Translations under genes and position numbers: made by a program
The notes under the pieces: model-generated
The model's database searches: none
What the model was told of the DNA's origin: nothing
Seen by the model: the letters and a program-made list of their open reading frames with translations, nothing else
Assembly (NCBI GenBank): GCA_964016885.1
Contig: OZ024749.1
Coordinates: 9,858,001 to 9,922,000 of the forward strand
Length of the DNA: 64,000 nucleotides
DNA from: Eledone cirrhosa
Lineage: Eukaryota
Direction: 5' to 3'
Shown: one piece after another, positions 61,401 through 64,000 of the stretch
Numbering within the stretch: position 1 is the stretch's first letter
Layout of the letters: each line of letters starts with the position of its first letter

Positions 61401-64000
61401 CACTGTATATGTCTTTAATCCCCACGTTACACTGTATGTCTTTAATCCTCTCGTTACACTGTATATGTCTGTAATCCCCACGTTACACTGTATATGTCTT
61501 TAATCCCCACGTTACACTGTATATGTCTTTAATCCCCACGTTACACTGTATATGTCTTTAATCCCCACGTTACACTGTATATGTCTTTAATCCTCACGTT
61601 ACACTGTATATGTCTTTAATCCCCACGTTACACTGTATATGTCTTTAATCCTCACGTTACACTGTATATGTCTTTAATCCCCACGTTACACTGTATGTCT
61701 TTAATCCTCTCGTTACACTGTATATGTCTTTAATCCCCACGTTACACTGTATATGTCTTTAATCCTCACGTTACACTGTATATGTCTTTAATCCTCTCGT
61801 TACACTGTATATGTCTTTAATCCCCACGTTACACTGTATATGTCTTTAATCCTCACGTTACACTGTATATGTCTTTAATCCCCACGTTACACTGTATATG
61901 TCTTTAATCCCCACGTTATACTGTATGTGTCTTTAATCCTCATGTTACACTGTATATGTCTTTAATCCTCTCGTTACACTGTATATGTCTTTAATCCCCA
62001 CGTTACACTGTATATGTCTTTAATCCTCACATTACACTGTATATGTCTGTAATCCTCACGTTACACTGTATATGTCTTTAATCCTCTCGTTACACTGTAT
62101 ATGTCTTTAATCCCCACGTTACACTGTATATGTCTTTAATCCTCTCGTTACACTGTATATGTCTTTAATCCCCACGTTACACTGTATATGTCTTTAATCC
62201 TCACGTTACACTGTATATGTCTTTAATCCCCACGTTACACTGTATATATCTTTAATCCCCACGTTACACTGTATATGTCTTTAATCCTCACATTACACTG
62301 TATATGTCTTTAATCCTCACATTACACTGTATATGTCTGTAATCCTCACGTTACACTATATATGTCTTTAATCCTCACGTTACACTGTATATGTCTGTAA
62401 TCCCCACGTTACACTATATATGTCTTTAATCCTCACATTACACTGTATATGTCTTTAATCCTCACATTACACTATATATGTCTTTAATCCTCACGTTACA
62501 CTATATATGTCTTTAATCCCCACGTTACACTGTATATGTCTTTAATCCTCACGTTACACTGTATATGTCTTTAATCCCCACGTTACACTGTATGTCTGTT
62601 AATCCCCACGTTACACTGTATATGTCTTTAATCCCCACGTTACACTGTATGTCTGTTAATCCCCACGTTACACTGTATATGTCTTTAATCCTCACGTTAC
62701 ACTGTATATGTCTTTAATCCTCACGTTACACTGTATGTCTTTAATCCTCACGTTACACTGTATATGTCTTTAATCCTCACGTTACACTGTATATGTCTTT
62801 AATCCTCACGTTACACTGTATATGTCTTTAATCCTCACGTTACACTGTATATGTCTTTAATCCTCACGTTACACTGTATATGTCTTTAATCCTCACGTTA
62901 CACTGTATGTCTTTAATCCTCACGTTACACTGTATGTCTGTTAATCCCCACGTTACACTGTATATGTCTTTAATCCCCACGTTACACTGTATGTGTCTTT
63001 AATCCTCACATTACACTATATATGTCTTTAATCCTCACGTTACACTGTATGTCTTTAATCCCCACGTTACACTGTATGTCTGTTAATCCCCACGTTACAC
63101 TGTATATGTCTTTAATCCCCACGTTACACTGTATGTCTTTAATCCCCACGTTACACTGTATGTCTGTTAATCCCCACGTTACACTGTATATGTCTTTAAT
63201 CCTCACGTTACACTGTATGTCTGTAATCCTCACGTTACACTGTATATGTCTTTAATCCCCACGTTACACTGTATATGTCTTTAATCCTCACGTTACACTG
63301 TATATGTCTTTAATCCTCACGTTACACTGTATATGTCTTTAATCCTCACGTTACACTGTATGTCTGTAATCCTCACGTTACACTGTATGTCTTTAATCCC
63401 CACGTTACACTGTATGTGTCTTTAATCCTCACATTACACTATATATGTCTTTAATCCTCACGTTACACTATATATGTCTTTAATCCTCACGTTACACTGT
63501 ATGTCTTTAATCCCCACGTTACACTGTATGTCTGTTAATCCCCACGTTACACTGTATATGTCTTTAATCCTCACGTTACACTGTATGTCTTTAATCCCCA
63601 CGTTACACTGTATGTCTGTTAATCCCCACGTTACACTGTATATGTCTTTAATCCTCACGTTACACTGTATGTCTAATCCTCACGTTACACTGTATATGTC
63701 TTTAATCCTCACGTTACACTGTATATGTCTTTAATCCTCACGTTACACTGTATATGTCTTTAATCCTCACGTTACACTGTATATGTCTTTAATCCTCACG
63801 TTACACTGTATATGTCTTTAATCCTCACGTTACACTGTATATGTCTTTAATCCTCACGTTACACTGTATATGTCTTTAATCCTCACGTTACACTGTATAT
63901 GTCTTTAATCCTCACGTTACACTGTATATGTCTTTAATCCTCACGTTACACTGTATATGTCTTTAATCCTCACGTTACACTGTATATGTCTTTAATCCTC
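58455..64000. repeat. Large 29-bp satellite array (cacgttacactgtatatgtctttaatccY), >5.5 kb, running off the right edge
   Basis: Period 29 with 27-30-bp variants; no unique spacers. Confidence 0.98.

Noticed and set aside
58455-64000. 29-bp, 36-bp (49748-50325) and 47-bp (11995-13610) arrays as CRISPR arrays
   Set aside because: Units are head-to-tail with no unique spacers, there are no cas genes, and the context is eukaryotic.

Overview
AT-rich, repeat-saturated animal genomic DNA. The SINE/LINE families, (TA)n density and intron sizes suggest a coleoid cephalopod such as Octopus (inference). One gene is clearly recognisable: the 5' part of a quinone oxidoreductase PIG3/TP53I3 orthologue on the minus strand, with 4 confident coding exons at 828-9068. 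A probable in-frame first exon at 23350-23460 adds a hydrophobic, signal-peptide-like leader, and the gene continues beyond the left edge. A probable first coding exon of a second, unidentified plus-strand gene lies at 42699-42758. The rest is decayed RTE and CR1-type LINEs, CRE-like restriction-endonuclease retroelement fragments, two tRNA-derived SINE families, TTAA-flanked piggyBac-type MITEs, several minisatellites and a >5.5 kb 29-bp satellite. Most of the supplied ORFs are artefacts of simple repeats. The most interesting hidden signal is a set of minimal type I hammerhead ribozyme motifs (CUGAnGA...GAAA-palindromic loop-NUH with a closing helix I). They sit in fold-back, Penelope-like terminal-repeat fragments in (TA)n tracts. 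Six lie on the sense strand of the TP53I3 pre-mRNA introns, and three otherwise unrelated ones share a U.U juxtaposition at the base of helix II.
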